The notes: generated by a model from the sequence alone, not told the origin. DNA of 64,000 bases from Clostridia bacterium (GCA_017623705.1 JAGAOQ010000021.1:9485-73484); one strand, 5' to 3'; counted from the first letter of the stretch, positions 1 through 9,624 are shown. Numbers and translations: made by a program.

Positions 1-1125
1 TGCGTCTAATGAAAAATCGTCTTCCGCAGGTTCAACTACTTCGGTGTTGATTTTTTCTTTTGGTGTCGTTTCGACTTCGACAACTTGTTCGGCTTGTTGT
101 TCGGCAACTTGTTGTGCGACTTTCGCTTGTTCTGCCTCATTGATAGCTCGCTCAACGTCCGCTTCCATGATGTTATCCATTATCGTATCGAAAACTGCAT
201 CAATTTCTTCGTCGGTTAATGTTGCTTCTTCGGTTGTGGTTTGTGTTTCGTTGTCCGTAGATTGTTCGCCTACGTTTTCAACAGCGTTTTCTTCGGTATC
301 CACCTTTACCGTTGTTTCATCATTAGGTGTTGCTGGGGTTGCGTCTTCAAGCACTGGTGTTGCTTCTTCACTTGGTTGCGGGTTATTTAATTGTTCAATT
401 TCTTGCGTATTATCAACATTACGCAAAACAACTTCGCTTTCGGCTGATTTTTGTTTAATGATAAATTCTCGGGTGTCCGCAATTTGTGTTTCGTTTAATT
501 CACCACGAGCCGAATATAATGGTTTAGTTTTCTTGCCAAAAACTTCGGGGTAAGCGTCAACAATAATAAATGGTTTAGTAATACTTAAAAAATTGATACT
601 GTTTTCTTTTAATGCCAAAAAGATGCCATCACGATAAATGTTTTTTTCTTTTTCAAAACGAGATAGGAACAAAAACAAAATGACTTGGACAACGGGCATA
701 ATTAGAGCTAAGCCAATCCCCACCCAAACCGTTTTGGTTACCGCAATGTTTACTACCAAGGAAATAATTGCGACCAAAACCGAAGCCACGATGACTAAAA
801 TTGAATAACGTGGTTGTGGTTTTTGTTCGGTTACTTCATCAAATTCTTTACGAGTCATGGCACGGACACCGCCATTTTTTACCATGATAGGATATTTACA
901 TTCGCTTTCGTCGAACTTACGTAAGAAATCACGGTATAAGTATAATGACTCACGTTCTTTGGCATCTTCGGGAACAAATTTAGCACGACGCCAAAGTTTC
1001 GCAATACTAATTAACGAACCAGCACAAAAGTTTTTTTGTATTTCGATACGACGTACCGTATTAAATGCCCAAAACATCGACAAGACGATTAAAGCGATAA
1101 TAAAACCAATAATGATTAAATTCAT
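1..1125 (-). CDS. membrane protein with long acidic low-complexity C-terminal tail (3' end runs off the window)
   Basis: My own minus-strand translation. ATG at 1125-1123 is preceded by a GGGGGAA RBS and the frame stays open to position 1. The product starts MNLIIIGFIIALIVLS, has hydrophobic segments, then an E/T/Q-rich tail. It is absent from the ORF track because no stop codon lies in the window. Confidence 0.6.
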   Translation of the reverse strand, partial: MNLIIIGFIIALIVLSMFWAFNTVRRIEIQKNFCAGSLISIAKLWRRAKFVPEDAKERESLYLYRDFLRKFDESECKYPIMVKNGGVRAMTRKEFDEVTEQKPQPRYSILVIVASVLVAIISLVVNIAVTKTVWVGIGLALIMPVVQVILFLFLSRFEKEKNIYRDGIFLALKENSINFLSITKPFIIVDAYPEVFGKKTKPLYSARGELNETQIADTREFIIKQKSAESEVVLRNVDNTQEIEQLNNPQPSEEATPVLEDATPATPNDETTVKVDTEENAVENVGEQSTDNETQTTTEEATLTDEEIDAVFDTIMDNIMEADVERAINEAEQAKVAQQVAEQQAEQVVEVETTPKEKINTEVVEPAEDDFSLDA

Positions 1126-1192
1126 CTAGTTCCCCCAAACTTCCTAAACATAGTCTAACGGAAAACTCGGTAATTGGCAAATAAAATTGAAA

Positions 1193-2092
1193 TCAATCAA
1201 CTTTTCCCAAAAAGACTATTTCCGTTTCCAATAAGACGCCCGTTGCTTTTTCCACCTCATCTTGCAAGTGGTACAAAACCTGCAAAATATCACGGCAAGT
1301 CGCACTGCCCGTATTCACAATAAAATTACAATGTTGCGGACTAACCATCGCTCCACCAACCGTGTACCCGCCCAAGCCCAGTTCTTCAATTACCTGCCCA
1401 ACGTAAAAACCATCTTTGGGTCGTTTGAAAACACTGCCTGCACTCGGTTGACGTGGGTGTCGCCGTCGTTTTTCCACAATTTCTTGCATACGTGTTGCAA
1501 TTTTTGCAGGTTCATCTTTGTTTAACCGTAAGTATGCTCCGATAATCACGGCAGGTTTTTCCATGAACCGTGAGTGCCGATACCCAAAAGCCAACTCGTC
1601 CCGAGTTAAAGTCTTGACTTGTCCGTCTTCAATCATGTCCACCATTACCACCACATCACTTAAACTATGCCCAAAAGCACCGCAGTTCATATAAACTCCG
1701 CCACCCACCGTAGCAGGGATGCCCGTTGCCCACTCTAAACCGCTCAACCCATGTTGCCGAGCATAATTTACGACCGCACCTAATTTTGCTCCGGCGTCGG
1801 CATAGACAAAGACATCATTTTGTTCAATGGTTTGGAAGTTGAGTTTAATCACAACTCCGTCAAAACCATCATCACTCGCCAGTACGTTTGCCCCTAACCC
1901 CAAAATAAAATAAGGTTGTTCCAAATACGTTAACGCACTTAACAATTTGAGTAACTTACTTTTATCATCGACAATGACGAAATATTTTGCTGGCCCGCCA
2001 ACCCGAAAAGTTGTCCACTGAGCCAACGGTTCATTGCGTTTTACATTTTCCACACCGCAGATATACTCTAAATAATTTGCTAAAATTTCCAC
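1193..2092 (-). CDS. murB: UDP-N-acetylenolpyruvoylglucosamine reductase
   Basis: 299 aa. FAD-binding N-terminus with TTFRVGGPA and LGLGANVL, and C-terminus with GSVFKRP, typical of MurB. GTG start overlaps the tsaC stop. Confidence 0.9.
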   Translation of the reverse strand: MEILANYLEYICGVENVKRNEPLAQWTTFRVGGPAKYFVIVDDKSKLLKLLSALTYLEQPYFILGLGANVLASDDGFDGVVIKLNFQTIEQNDVFVYADAGAKLGAVVNYARQHGLSGLEWATGIPATVGGGVYMNCGAFGHSLSDVVVMVDMIEDGQVKTLTRDELAFGYRHSRFMEKPAVIIGAYLRLNKDEPAKIATRMQEIVEKRRRHPRQPSAGSVFKRPKDGFYVGQVIEELGLGGYTVGGAMVSPQHCNFIVNTGSATCRDILQVLYHLQDEVEKATGVLLETEIVFLGKVD

Positions 2093-2643
2093 TATTTCAT
2101 AGATATGCCACTACCCGCCCGAAGTACCTTAATTTGTGGCGGATTTTGTTGCGTGTCAATTTGCACCAAGGAACTAGGTTTTTGGTGATAAATTTTGCGA
2201 CCCCGTACCACAGCTAAATCTTTTTCCGCAAAAACTTGCACACCTTGTCGCCAAGATTCAATTACTGGTTGCCCGTGCAAATTAGCACTGGTTGCCACCA
2301 ACGGCACACCGCAAGCGGATAACAACTTATTCAACCAACCACTTCGTACCACACGCACCGCTTGGCCGTTGACAATTACTGTTGTTCGCTTTTTACGTAA
2401 AGTATTTTTTTCGACCGCAGTAATTTTGCCACAGTATAATTCCACCGCTTTGCTTGACGGCAACAACCAAATCAATTTCGCATCATCAGGTTTACCTTTG
2501 GCAGTTTTGACTTTTTGCACGACATTTTCGTCCAAAGCATTACCACCAATTCCCCACACTGTATCCGTAGGATAAACAATGACGCCACCATTTTTCACAT
2601 AATCGGCAATTTTTTTAATTTCATGATGGCGAAAAACTTTCAT
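2092..2643 (-). CDS. tsaC: L-threonylcarbamoyladenylate synthase (Sua5/YwlC/TsaC family)
   Basis: Motif VIVYPTDTVWGIGGNA and SANLHGQP. I moved the start to the internal ATG at 2643 (MKVFRHH...) because the longer ORF overlaps the gltX 3' end. A TATAAT box lies 6 nt upstream. Confidence 0.85.
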   Translation of the reverse strand: MKVFRHHEIKKIADYVKNGGVIVYPTDTVWGIGGNALDENVVQKVKTAKGKPDDAKLIWLLPSSKAVELYCGKITAVEKNTLRKKRTTVIVNGQAVRVVRSGWLNKLLSACGVPLVATSANLHGQPVIESWRQGVQVFAEKDLAVVRGRKIYHQKPSSLVQIDTQQNPPQIKVLRAGSGISMK

Positions 2644-2663
2644 CAAGCAATTATAAAACGAAA

Positions 2664-4106
2664 TTACCAACGGGTCAAACGTGCCTTCACGACATCGTTG
2701 CCCAAGATACGACAAATTGCCCACAAATCTGGTGTATTTGTTTTTCCCGTAACCGCCAAACGAACTTGTCCTGTCAAAGCACGTAACGTCGGTTTATCCG
2801 GAGCCATGTTCTTAATTTTTTGCCACCAAGTGTCTTTATCATCGTTAGCATCGTAAATTTCCGCATAAGCCGATAACAAATTACGGTCGAAGTCTTGTCC
2901 GTCCACTACGATTTCGTCCCACATGTAACTGTATAAATCAGGAATATCTTCCAACTTAATCAAGTCTTTACGGGGACGTTCGCCACCCCGTTCAACACCC
3001 AACATTGCTTCCAGACGATTTTTAATGGTCGGCGTGATGTTCGGTAACTTCTGCCAATCCCAAGCGTTAAACATTTTCACAACTGTCGCATGGTCGTAAC
3101 GAGCCCAAACATTTTTCGCAATATCATTAAACTTTGGCAAATCGAACAACGGATTATTCGTACCAATTTTACTAATCTTAAATTCAAAATCCGTTAACGG
3201 AGCCGACGGGTTAGCCGTACGCCACAATTCAAAGTCGCTATTATAAATTGTCAACAAATATTCAAAGATTGCCTCACGTGGATAACCAGCATCAACCAAA
3301 TTCATCACCAAAGCTTGCGGGTCTTTGCGTTTGGATAATTTACGTTTTTTGCCATTATCTTCAATATTGATTGTTGGCATGTGTAAATAGTTCAAACGTG
3401 GAAAACCTAACAAATCGCACAGTTGGATATGTTCCGCCGTTGAAATCAACCATTCTTCCCCACGAATCACCAGAGCTGTTCCCATTAAGGTATCATCAAT
3501 CACGTGTGCAAAATTATAAGGTGGCAAACCATTTGCTTTCAAAATAATCGGGTCATTAACCTGTGGCAACAAAGCAATTTCGCCACGTCCTGCATCATTA
3601 AACACAATCCGTTCGCCCCAATCTTGATAACCAAAATTCGCACGAATCACATAAGGTTGTCCCGCTTGAATCCGTTGTTGAACTTCTTCCGCACTCAAAT
3701 GGCGACATTTTGCATATTTACCATAGTATCCTGTCGGTTCATTATTTTTAACTTGCGTTGCCCGCATTTGCGATAAATCATCTTCGGTACAGAAACAATA
3801 ATATGCTTTACCTTGTTTCACTAAATCGTGAGCATATTTTTGATAAATTTCGGCACGTTCACTTTGAACATAAGTTTCAGCAAACTCAATGCCAAAATAC
3901 TTAAAACAGTCTTTCATCTTCGCCACGGCATCAGCCACATAGCGTTTACTATCAGTATCTTCAATTCGCAAATAAAAACGACCGCCATTTTGACGAGCTA
4001 AATAAGAATTAACTAATGCCGTCGCAACTGTCCCTAAATGCACGTAGCCAGTTGGACTAGGTGCAATGCGATAACCGTTTTTTGGGTTAGAGTGGCAATT
4101 TTTCAT
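2664..4106 (-). CDS. gltX: glutamate--tRNA ligase
   Basis: 480 aa class I aaRS. RIAPSPTGYVHLGT (HIGH region) and KLSKRK (KMSKS region). GGAG RBS upstream of the ATG at 4106. Confidence 0.9.
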   Translation of the reverse strand: MKNCHSNPKNGYRIAPSPTGYVHLGTVATALVNSYLARQNGGRFYLRIEDTDSKRYVADAVAKMKDCFKYFGIEFAETYVQSERAEIYQKYAHDLVKQGKAYYCFCTEDDLSQMRATQVKNNEPTGYYGKYAKCRHLSAEEVQQRIQAGQPYVIRANFGYQDWGERIVFNDAGRGEIALLPQVNDPIILKANGLPPYNFAHVIDDTLMGTALVIRGEEWLISTAEHIQLCDLLGFPRLNYLHMPTINIEDNGKKRKLSKRKDPQALVMNLVDAGYPREAIFEYLLTIYNSDFELWRTANPSAPLTDFEFKISKIGTNNPLFDLPKFNDIAKNVWARYDHATVVKMFNAWDWQKLPNITPTIKNRLEAMLGVERGGERPRKDLIKLEDIPDLYSYMWDEIVVDGQDFDRNLLSAYAEIYDANDDKDTWWQKIKNMAPDKPTLRALTGQVRLAVTGKTNTPDLWAICRILGNDVVKARLTRW

Positions 4107-4389
4107 TACGCAACTCCGTTACTTGACGCAAACATTCATTGATAACAGCGATGACCAAGTCTTCGGTCATTTCTACATCATCAGGGTCGATGGCTTCGGG
4201 TTTAATGTGCAAGTCTAATAATTCATAAGCCCCAGACATCGAAGCGGTTACCATACCACCGCCAACCGTAGCTTCAACCGCAGTTTCCGCCAACTCCGCT
4301 TTGGTTTGTTCCATCTTTTTTTGCATTGCTTCGGCTTGCTTCATCAAGCTTGCCATTTGTCCATTGTTACCCATCGAAAAATTTCTCAT
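4087..4389 (-). CDS. ybaB: YbaB/EbfC family nucleoid-associated protein
   Basis: 100 aa. MKQAEAMQKKMEQ...VEATVGGGMVTASMSG...IKPEAIDPDD matches the YbaB family pattern. It sits in the usual position downstream of dnaX. Confidence 0.85.
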   Translation of the reverse strand: MRNFSMGNNGQMASLMKQAEAMQKKMEQTKAELAETAVEATVGGGMVTASMSGAYELLDLHIKPEAIDPDDVEMTEDLVIAVINECLRQVTELRNEKLPL

Positions 4390-4398
4390 ATCAATAGT

Positions 4399-4710
4399 TT
4401 ACACGATTTTAACTTTGTCGCCAAATAATTCCTTTAAGCGTGCCACATAATCTTGCTGTTCATCTGGCACAACACTATCCATTGCTTGCAAAACAATTTC
4501 CACATCATCACCCGCCAAATTTTTTAACAACGCTAAATGATTTTTTAAGATACTTTCTTCCGCTTCGTTGTGCAAACGCAAAGTAATTTGTTTTGACCCG
4601 AAAGCAACATCGTCCATATTACTCAACAAACCGAACAAAGCAAAATTTTTACTTTCCCGTAGACTTCGCAAAATTTTTGCCCAAACCGCTTCCAAATTAA
4701 TCTCCGCCAT
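4399..4710 (-). CDS. small protein resembling the C-terminal domain of DNA polymerase III tau (separate ORF)
   Basis: 103 aa from ATG 4710 (MAEINLEAVWAKIL...). Its ATG overlaps the dnaX stop in a TAATG junction. It occupies the place normally taken by the DnaX C-terminal region. Confidence 0.45.
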   Translation of the reverse strand: MAEINLEAVWAKILRSLRESKNFALFGLLSNMDDVAFGSKQITLRLHNEAEESILKNHLALLKNLAGDDVEIVLQAMDSVVPDEQQDYVARLKELFGDKVKIV

Positions 4711-5720
4711 TAAGCTCCACAAGCTACCAACGCTGCCGTTTCAAAATAACCGTGCGGGTCAGTGGCATATTTCAAAGTCATTTCCAAATTAGCAAAAACT
4801 CGTAACGCCGTCGCTAAACGTGGACTTGGTTGTTTAACATAAGCATCTTTAATCGCCGCCAAAGTTCCTGCCAAAATACGAGCTACCCCCGTCGAACTGT
4901 TGAAAATTTGTTGGACTGTTGCTCGTACCCCTTGTGCATCGGTTGCCATAATTTGAGCCACCAAATCAGTAAACACTTTACTATCCAAACCGCCAACCAC
5001 ACGGTTGATAGCCGTAACCGTAATTTTATCTTGACCGCAATACGCCGCCACCGTATCCGCAAAAGATAAAGCATCACGCACACTGCCTTGTCCTTCTTTG
5101 GCAATCAAAGTTACTGCTGCGTCTTCCGCCACTAACTTTTCTTTTTGGAAAACGTTTTTCACAACTTTTTCAATTTCTGTCAAAGCAACATTTTGGAAAT
5201 TAAAACGCAAGCAACGACTTTGCACCGTGGGTAACAATTTATGTGGTTCAGTTGTTGCCAACACAAAAATCACGTGAACTGGTGGTTCTTCCAAAGTTTT
5301 CAACAACGCATTAAACGCTGCCCCCGAAAACATGTGAACCTCGTCAATAATGTAAACCTTATACTTACCAACAACCGGCGGATATTTAACACTTTCAATC
5401 AAATCACGGACAGCATCAACACCATTATTACTTGCCGCATCAATTTCAAAAATATCCATTGTCTTATTAGGATTTTGACACCAACTACATTGACCGCAAA
5501 CTTTGCCGTCTTGAAAATTTTCACAGTTAACTGCATCGGCAAAAATTTTTGCGACCGATGTTTTACCTGTTCCCCGTGTTCCGCAAAACAAATAAGCGTG
5601 TCCAATTTTTTGACTGGCAATTTGATTACTTAATGTTTTCGTGATGAATTCTTGCCCGACAACTTCCGCAAAACTTTTGGGTCGATAAACACGATAAAAT
5701 GATTTTACGTTCGCACTCAT
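4710..5720 (-). CDS. dnaX: DNA polymerase III subunit gamma/tau (short, 336 aa)
   Basis: YRPKSFAEVVGQE, Walker A GTRGTGKTS, zinc module CGQCSWC, Walker B IIDEVHM, SRC motif VQSRCLRF. Confidence 0.9.
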   Translation of the reverse strand: MSANVKSFYRVYRPKSFAEVVGQEFITKTLSNQIASQKIGHAYLFCGTRGTGKTSVAKIFADAVNCENFQDGKVCGQCSWCQNPNKTMDIFEIDAASNNGVDAVRDLIESVKYPPVVGKYKVYIIDEVHMFSGAAFNALLKTLEEPPVHVIFVLATTEPHKLLPTVQSRCLRFNFQNVALTEIEKVVKNVFQKEKLVAEDAAVTLIAKEGQGSVRDALSFADTVAAYCGQDKITVTAINRVVGGLDSKVFTDLVAQIMATDAQGVRATVQQIFNSSTGVARILAGTLAAIKDAYVKQPSPRLATALRVFANLEMTLKYATDPHGYFETAALVACGA

Positions 5721-6487
5721 TCGGGTTGCCTCTTCATAAATTCAAATGCTAACTCACGGTAAGCTTTTGCCCCCGGACATTTTGCATCATAAAGACAAAT
5801 TGGCTTACCATAACTCGGTGCTTCCGCCAAACGAACATTACGTGGAATCTTCGTATTAAACACTTTGCGTCCAAAGAATTTCAACAATTCCGCTTGTACT
5901 TGTTGCGTCAACAAGTTGTGTGTCATCATCGTTACCAACACACCTTCAATATCAATGTTAGGATTTAATCCTTGTTTCTTAACCAAACGAATGGCACGCA
6001 CTAACTGGCTAATTCCTTCCAAAGCAAAGTACTCACACAAAATTGGAATAATTACGGTATCCGCTGCCGTCAACGCATTTACCGTCAACAAAGTCAAAGT
6101 TGGCGGACAGTCAATAAAAATGTAATCATAACTATCTTTAATCTTGTTCAAGCAATTACGCAAAACTTGTTCACGACCACTCATACGCACCAATTCAATT
6201 TCCGCACCAACTAAATCTTGCGTACTCGGTAAAATTTCCAAACCTTTCACCGCTGTTAATTGAATTGCATCGGTTGGATCGACTTGATCACACATTACGT
6301 CATAAACCGAAACAGTCTTATCGGTAACTTCGACCCCAACACCACTGCTGGCATTATGTTGTGGGTCAAAATCCACAATCAAAACTTTCTTTCCTAAATC
6401 ATGTGCTAAATACGCTGCCAAATTGATACACGTAGTTGTCTTTCCAACACCACCTTTTTGTAACGCAACTGCAACGACTTTTCCCAT
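5717..6487 (-). CDS. parA: chromosome partitioning ATPase ParA/Soj
   Basis: Deviant Walker A KGGVGKTTT, DFDPQ, and a ParA-type C-terminus. It is adjacent to parB. Confidence 0.9.
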   Translation of the reverse strand: MGKVVAVALQKGGVGKTTTCINLAAYLAHDLGKKVLIVDFDPQHNASSGVGVEVTDKTVSVYDVMCDQVDPTDAIQLTAVKGLEILPSTQDLVGAEIELVRMSGREQVLRNCLNKIKDSYDYIFIDCPPTLTLLTVNALTAADTVIIPILCEYFALEGISQLVRAIRLVKKQGLNPNIDIEGVLVTMMTHNLLTQQVQAELLKFFGRKVFNTKIPRNVRLAEAPSYGKPICLYDAKCPGAKAYRELAFEFMKRQPE

Positions 6488-6520
6488 TTTTTTTGAACTC
6501 CTTTTGCTTTTTTCCCTTTT

Positions 6521-6529
6521 AGGATAACA
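6521..6529 (-). promoter_or_regulatory. extended -10 promoter element TGTTATCCT upstream of parA
   Basis: The reverse complement of aggataaca is TGTTATCCT. It lies 33 nt upstream of the parA ATG, and an AAAGGAG RBS lies in between. Confidence 0.4.
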
Positions 6530-6610
6530 TATTACAATTTATTTTACCAGTTTTCCTGCCATTTTTAGCGAAAAACACAACATATAGCACTTCCCTACCA
6601 CCACTTCACA

Positions 6611-7522
6611 CTATATCTTGTGGTTTTTCAAATAATTAACTACTCTTTCCAGTTCTTCGGCAGCATAATAAGCGATTACCACCTTACCACGTTCCAAAGT
6701 ACCGTCGATTTTAACCTTTGTCCCGATTGCACGAGATAAGATTTTTTCTTGTTCACGAATTTCTGGTGCTTTTGCTGGTTTAGTTTTATTTGACGTAAAG
6801 GTTGGCATTTTGCCGTCAATCAATTCACCCAAAGCACGGACGGACAAATTTTCATCAACAGCACGGCGAGCATAATCAATTTGTTTTTGTTGGTTATCAA
6901 CCGATAGCAAACGAATCGCATGGCCTGCGGTTAATTTTTGATGACTAATCATTTGTTGGATTTCATCAGGCAAGCTCAACAAACGCAACGAGTTAGCAAT
7001 CGTACTACGTGGCTTTGACAAACGTTCGGCAACTTTTTCCTGCGTCAATTTATGTTCGTCCATCAACTTTTTAATACCCAAGGCCAATTCAATATCATTC
7101 AAATCAGCACGTTGCAAGTTTTCAATAATTGCAATCTCTGCCACTTGTTTAGGATTAAACTTTTTAATCACGGCAGGAATTTCTACCAGCCCCGCCATAC
7201 GTGCGGCACGCCAACGACGTTCACCCGCCACAATCATAAAACGGTTACCAACAGGCGTTACCAAAATTGGTTGTACCACACCATAGGTTTTGATACTTTC
7301 TGCCAACTCACGCAAAGCTTCTTGATTAAAGACTTTACGTGGTTGGTTAATATTATTATCAATCATTGCAACAGCGATTTGTTGTACGCCGTCATTTTCT
7401 GTTTCTACTGTTTCGTTTGTTTCGTTTTCTGTATGATGTTCATTGATTGGTGTTAATTCATCATCTAAGACAATATTTCCAAACAATGCACCCAAACCCT
7501 TACCTAATTTTTTTTCTGCCAT
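6611..7522 (-). CDS. parB: chromosome partitioning protein ParB/Spo0J
   Basis: 303 aa. ParB box GERRWRAA, helix-turn-helix region LTQEKVAERLSKPRSTIANSLRLL. Confidence 0.9.
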   Translation of the reverse strand: MAEKKLGKGLGALFGNIVLDDELTPINEHHTENETNETVETENDGVQQIAVAMIDNNINQPRKVFNQEALRELAESIKTYGVVQPILVTPVGNRFMIVAGERRWRAARMAGLVEIPAVIKKFNPKQVAEIAIIENLQRADLNDIELALGIKKLMDEHKLTQEKVAERLSKPRSTIANSLRLLSLPDEIQQMISHQKLTAGHAIRLLSVDNQQKQIDYARRAVDENLSVRALGELIDGKMPTFTSNKTKPAKAPEIREQEKILSRAIGTKVKIDGTLERGKVVIAYYAAEELERVVNYLKNHKI

Positions 7523-7568
7523 GTTTTAATTGTAATTTGATTTAACAAAAAAAGCAATCACTTGTTTA

Positions 7569-7598
7569 TACAAATTGTTTAACGTTAAACAATTTGTA
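7569..7598. promoter_or_regulatory. parS-like site 1: 30-bp perfect palindrome around TGTTTAACGTTAAACA (core 7576-7591)
   Basis: Read directly from the sequence: tacaaattgtttaacgttaaacaatttgta is self-complementary. It lies just upstream of parB. Confidence 0.75.
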
Positions 7599-7673
7599 CT
7601 TACACATTTATTGTCAACGGCTTGAAGTCAAGTTGTTTACATTTCGCATTGTTAAAAACTTTGCAGTCAAAAA

Positions 7674-7695
7674 AAATGTTTAACGTTAAACATTT
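7674..7695. promoter_or_regulatory. parS-like site 2: 22-bp palindrome, same 16-bp core (7677-7692)
   Basis: aaatgtttaacgttaaacattt has a core identical to site 1. Confidence 0.75.
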
Positions 7696-7797
7696 ATATA
7701 TGCACAAATATAAAATCAGTGTACTTGCAAATAATTGATACTTACTAACAGGGTTAATGTTAATAACTTAACATCATGATGCTTGGATAAATAGAAT

Positions 7798-7813
7798 TGT
7801 TTAACGTTGAACA
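7798..7813. promoter_or_regulatory. parS-like site 3 (one mismatch: TGTTTAACGTTGAACA)
   Basis: Same core with A to G at 7809. It is the third copy within 240 bp. Confidence 0.6.
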
Positions 7814-7873
7814 TTTTACTGGTTGCAAAACTTAACATTGACAAATTCCGCCATTAAAGGATATAATCTAAAT

Positions 7874-8440
7874 ATGAAAGCAGGTTTAGTTGCAGATATA
7901 GTTGTCGCAATTATCATTCTTATCAATTTGCTTGTTTGTACACGCATGGGTTTAGTGCGTTGCGTCTTGAAATTCTTTTCAACCATTCTTGCTTTAATTA
8001 CCGCAATGCTAACCGTTACGCCGCTAACCAATTTCTTTGATAGCAAATTCCACTGGGTCGACGCCGTTGAAAAATGGAACGTACCTTTTATTAGTGCGGA
8101 AACCTTATTGAAGCTTTTAATCGGGATTGCTGTTTTCGTAATCGTACGTTTAATTGCTTCGTTGCTCGATAAACTGTTAAGACACTTAAAAGAAAAATTA
8201 AAAGCCGTCAACATCATCGACCGTATCCTAGGTACAGTCTTCGGGGCTTTCGCAGCTTTGGTAGAATTGACTTTGGCTTTCATGTTAATCAACCAACTCG
8301 GCTGGGCAAACAACTTATCATTAACCGCAGATGCGGGTGGCTTCTTCGCTTATCGCTTGTACGAATTTTGCCGAGATCACTTATTCAACTTACTTGGCGA
8401 AATCTTTGCCACAGCCGCAGCATCAACACCAAAGTTCTAA
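7874..8440 (+). CDS. cvpA: CvpA-family membrane protein
   Basis: Start moved to ATG 7874 (MKAGLVADIVVAIIILINLL...). Four hydrophobic helices and a CvpA-like N-terminal pattern. TATAAT lies 6 nt upstream. Confidence 0.55.
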   Translation: MKAGLVADIVVAIIILINLLVCTRMGLVRCVLKFFSTILALITAMLTVTPLTNFFDSKFHWVDAVEKWNVPFISAETLLKLLIGIAVFVIVRLIASLLDKLLRHLKEKLKAVNIIDRILGTVFGAFAALVELTLAFMLINQLGWANNLSLTADAGGFFAYRLYEFCRDHLFNLLGEIFATAAASTPKF

Positions 8441-8516
8441 CCGAGTTCAATTTCAAGCCACCGACTTACTTACTAACAAAGCAAAGTTACTTACAATTAA
8501 AATGTAAGTAACTTTT

Positions 8517-9557
8517 TTATTGCGAAACAATTTGTCCGTTCTTAATATGAAAGATTTTTCCAACCGACGGTGCATCAGTCGCCGTAATCACAACTTGATG
8601 ATTAGCTACCGCAGTTAGCAGTCTTGCTTGACGACTGCTATCCAACTCACTAAACACATCGTCCAACAATAAAATTGGTGTTTCACCCGTTAAGTCGGCA
8701 AACAAATCTAATTCGGCTAATTTGATTGATAACGCAGCGGTGCGTTGTTGTCCTTGACTGCCGTAGACTCGTACGTCTTTACCGTCAATCAAAATTGCTA
8801 AATCATCTCGGTGCGGACCAACCGTCGTTGTCCGTAAACGCAAATCTTTTTCCCGTGCTTGCTGCAAGTCCTGCTCAAAATTTGCACAGGTTTCATAGGT
8901 TAGGGCAATCGTTTCTTTGCCACCGGTTAACGCACGGTGCTTTTCAATCACGTAAGGAGTTAATTTTTGAATAAACGCTTGTCGCTTTTGAATTAAAATT
9001 TCACCTTGCTTAATCAGTTGTAAATCCCAGACACTCAATTCCCGTTCAGTACAATTATTCTTCAAACTGGCGTTACGCTGTTGCAAAATTTTATTATATC
9101 GGGCGAGTGCGTAAAAATAGCTTTTATCAATTTGCGAAATATCAATATTCATAAAACGACGACGGTCGGCGGGAGCTTCTTTTACCAATTTCAACTCGTC
9201 GGGCGAAAAAAAGATACAGTTAATTTGTCCCATCAGTTCAGCTACTTTGGTAATCGGGATACGGTTGATAGAAATAGATTTTTTCATGCCCAAACCCAGT
9301 TGAATCGCAATATCAACTTTGCCGAAACGCTTTTCTGCCACGACTTGCACCAAAGCCCGTTCTTGTCCAAATTGAACCATTTCGCTATCACGTACCGCAC
9401 GCCAGCCACGTCCCACGCACGACAAATAGATTGCTTCCAGCAAATTAGTCTTACCTTGTGCGTTTGGACCGACCAAAACATTTACGCCTGCGGATAGTTG
9501 CAGAGTAGTGTGCGTATGGTTACGAAAATTATCGACGGTTAAATTGGTAATTTGCAT
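8517..9557 (-). CDS. recF: DNA replication and repair protein RecF
   Basis: Start moved to ATG 9557 (MQITNLTVDNFRNH). Walker A GPNAQGKTNLLEAI, signature GSQGQQRT, Walker B LLLDDV. Confidence 0.9.
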   Translation of the reverse strand: MQITNLTVDNFRNHTHTTLQLSAGVNVLVGPNAQGKTNLLEAIYLSCVGRGWRAVRDSEMVQFGQERALVQVVAEKRFGKVDIAIQLGLGMKKSISINRIPITKVAELMGQINCIFFSPDELKLVKEAPADRRRFMNIDISQIDKSYFYALARYNKILQQRNASLKNNCTERELSVWDLQLIKQGEILIQKRQAFIQKLTPYVIEKHRALTGGKETIALTYETCANFEQDLQQAREKDLRLRTTTVGPHRDDLAILIDGKDVRVYGSQGQQRTAALSIKLAELDLFADLTGETPILLLDDVFSELDSSRQARLLTAVANHQVVITATDAPSVGKIFHIKNGQIVSQ

Positions 9558-9574
9558 TTCAATATATATAATAC

Positions 9575-9607
9575 AAAAAAAACCGCAGCAAAGCCACGGT
9601 TTTTTTT
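9575..9607 (-). terminator. possible bidirectional hairpin terminator (A-tract / CCG-CGG stem / T-tract)
   Basis: aaaaaaaaccg-cagcaaagcca-cggtttttttt lies downstream of the 9625-10176 gene. The stem is AT-rich, so it is weak. Confidence 0.35.
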
Positions 9608-9624
9608 GCGAATTCAATCATTCA

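Noticed and set aside
44-553. 169-aa plus-strand ORF rich in S/V/C/T
   Set aside because: Its composition is low-complexity. It is antisense to a much longer minus-strand frame (1-1125) that has an RBS, TM helices and coherent codon usage.
857-1129. 90-aa plus-strand ORF
   Set aside because: It is antisense to the same minus-strand membrane protein gene and has no RBS.
7816-8313. 165-aa minus-strand ORF
   Set aside because: It is fully antisense to the CvpA-like gene, which has the better family resemblance and promoter context.
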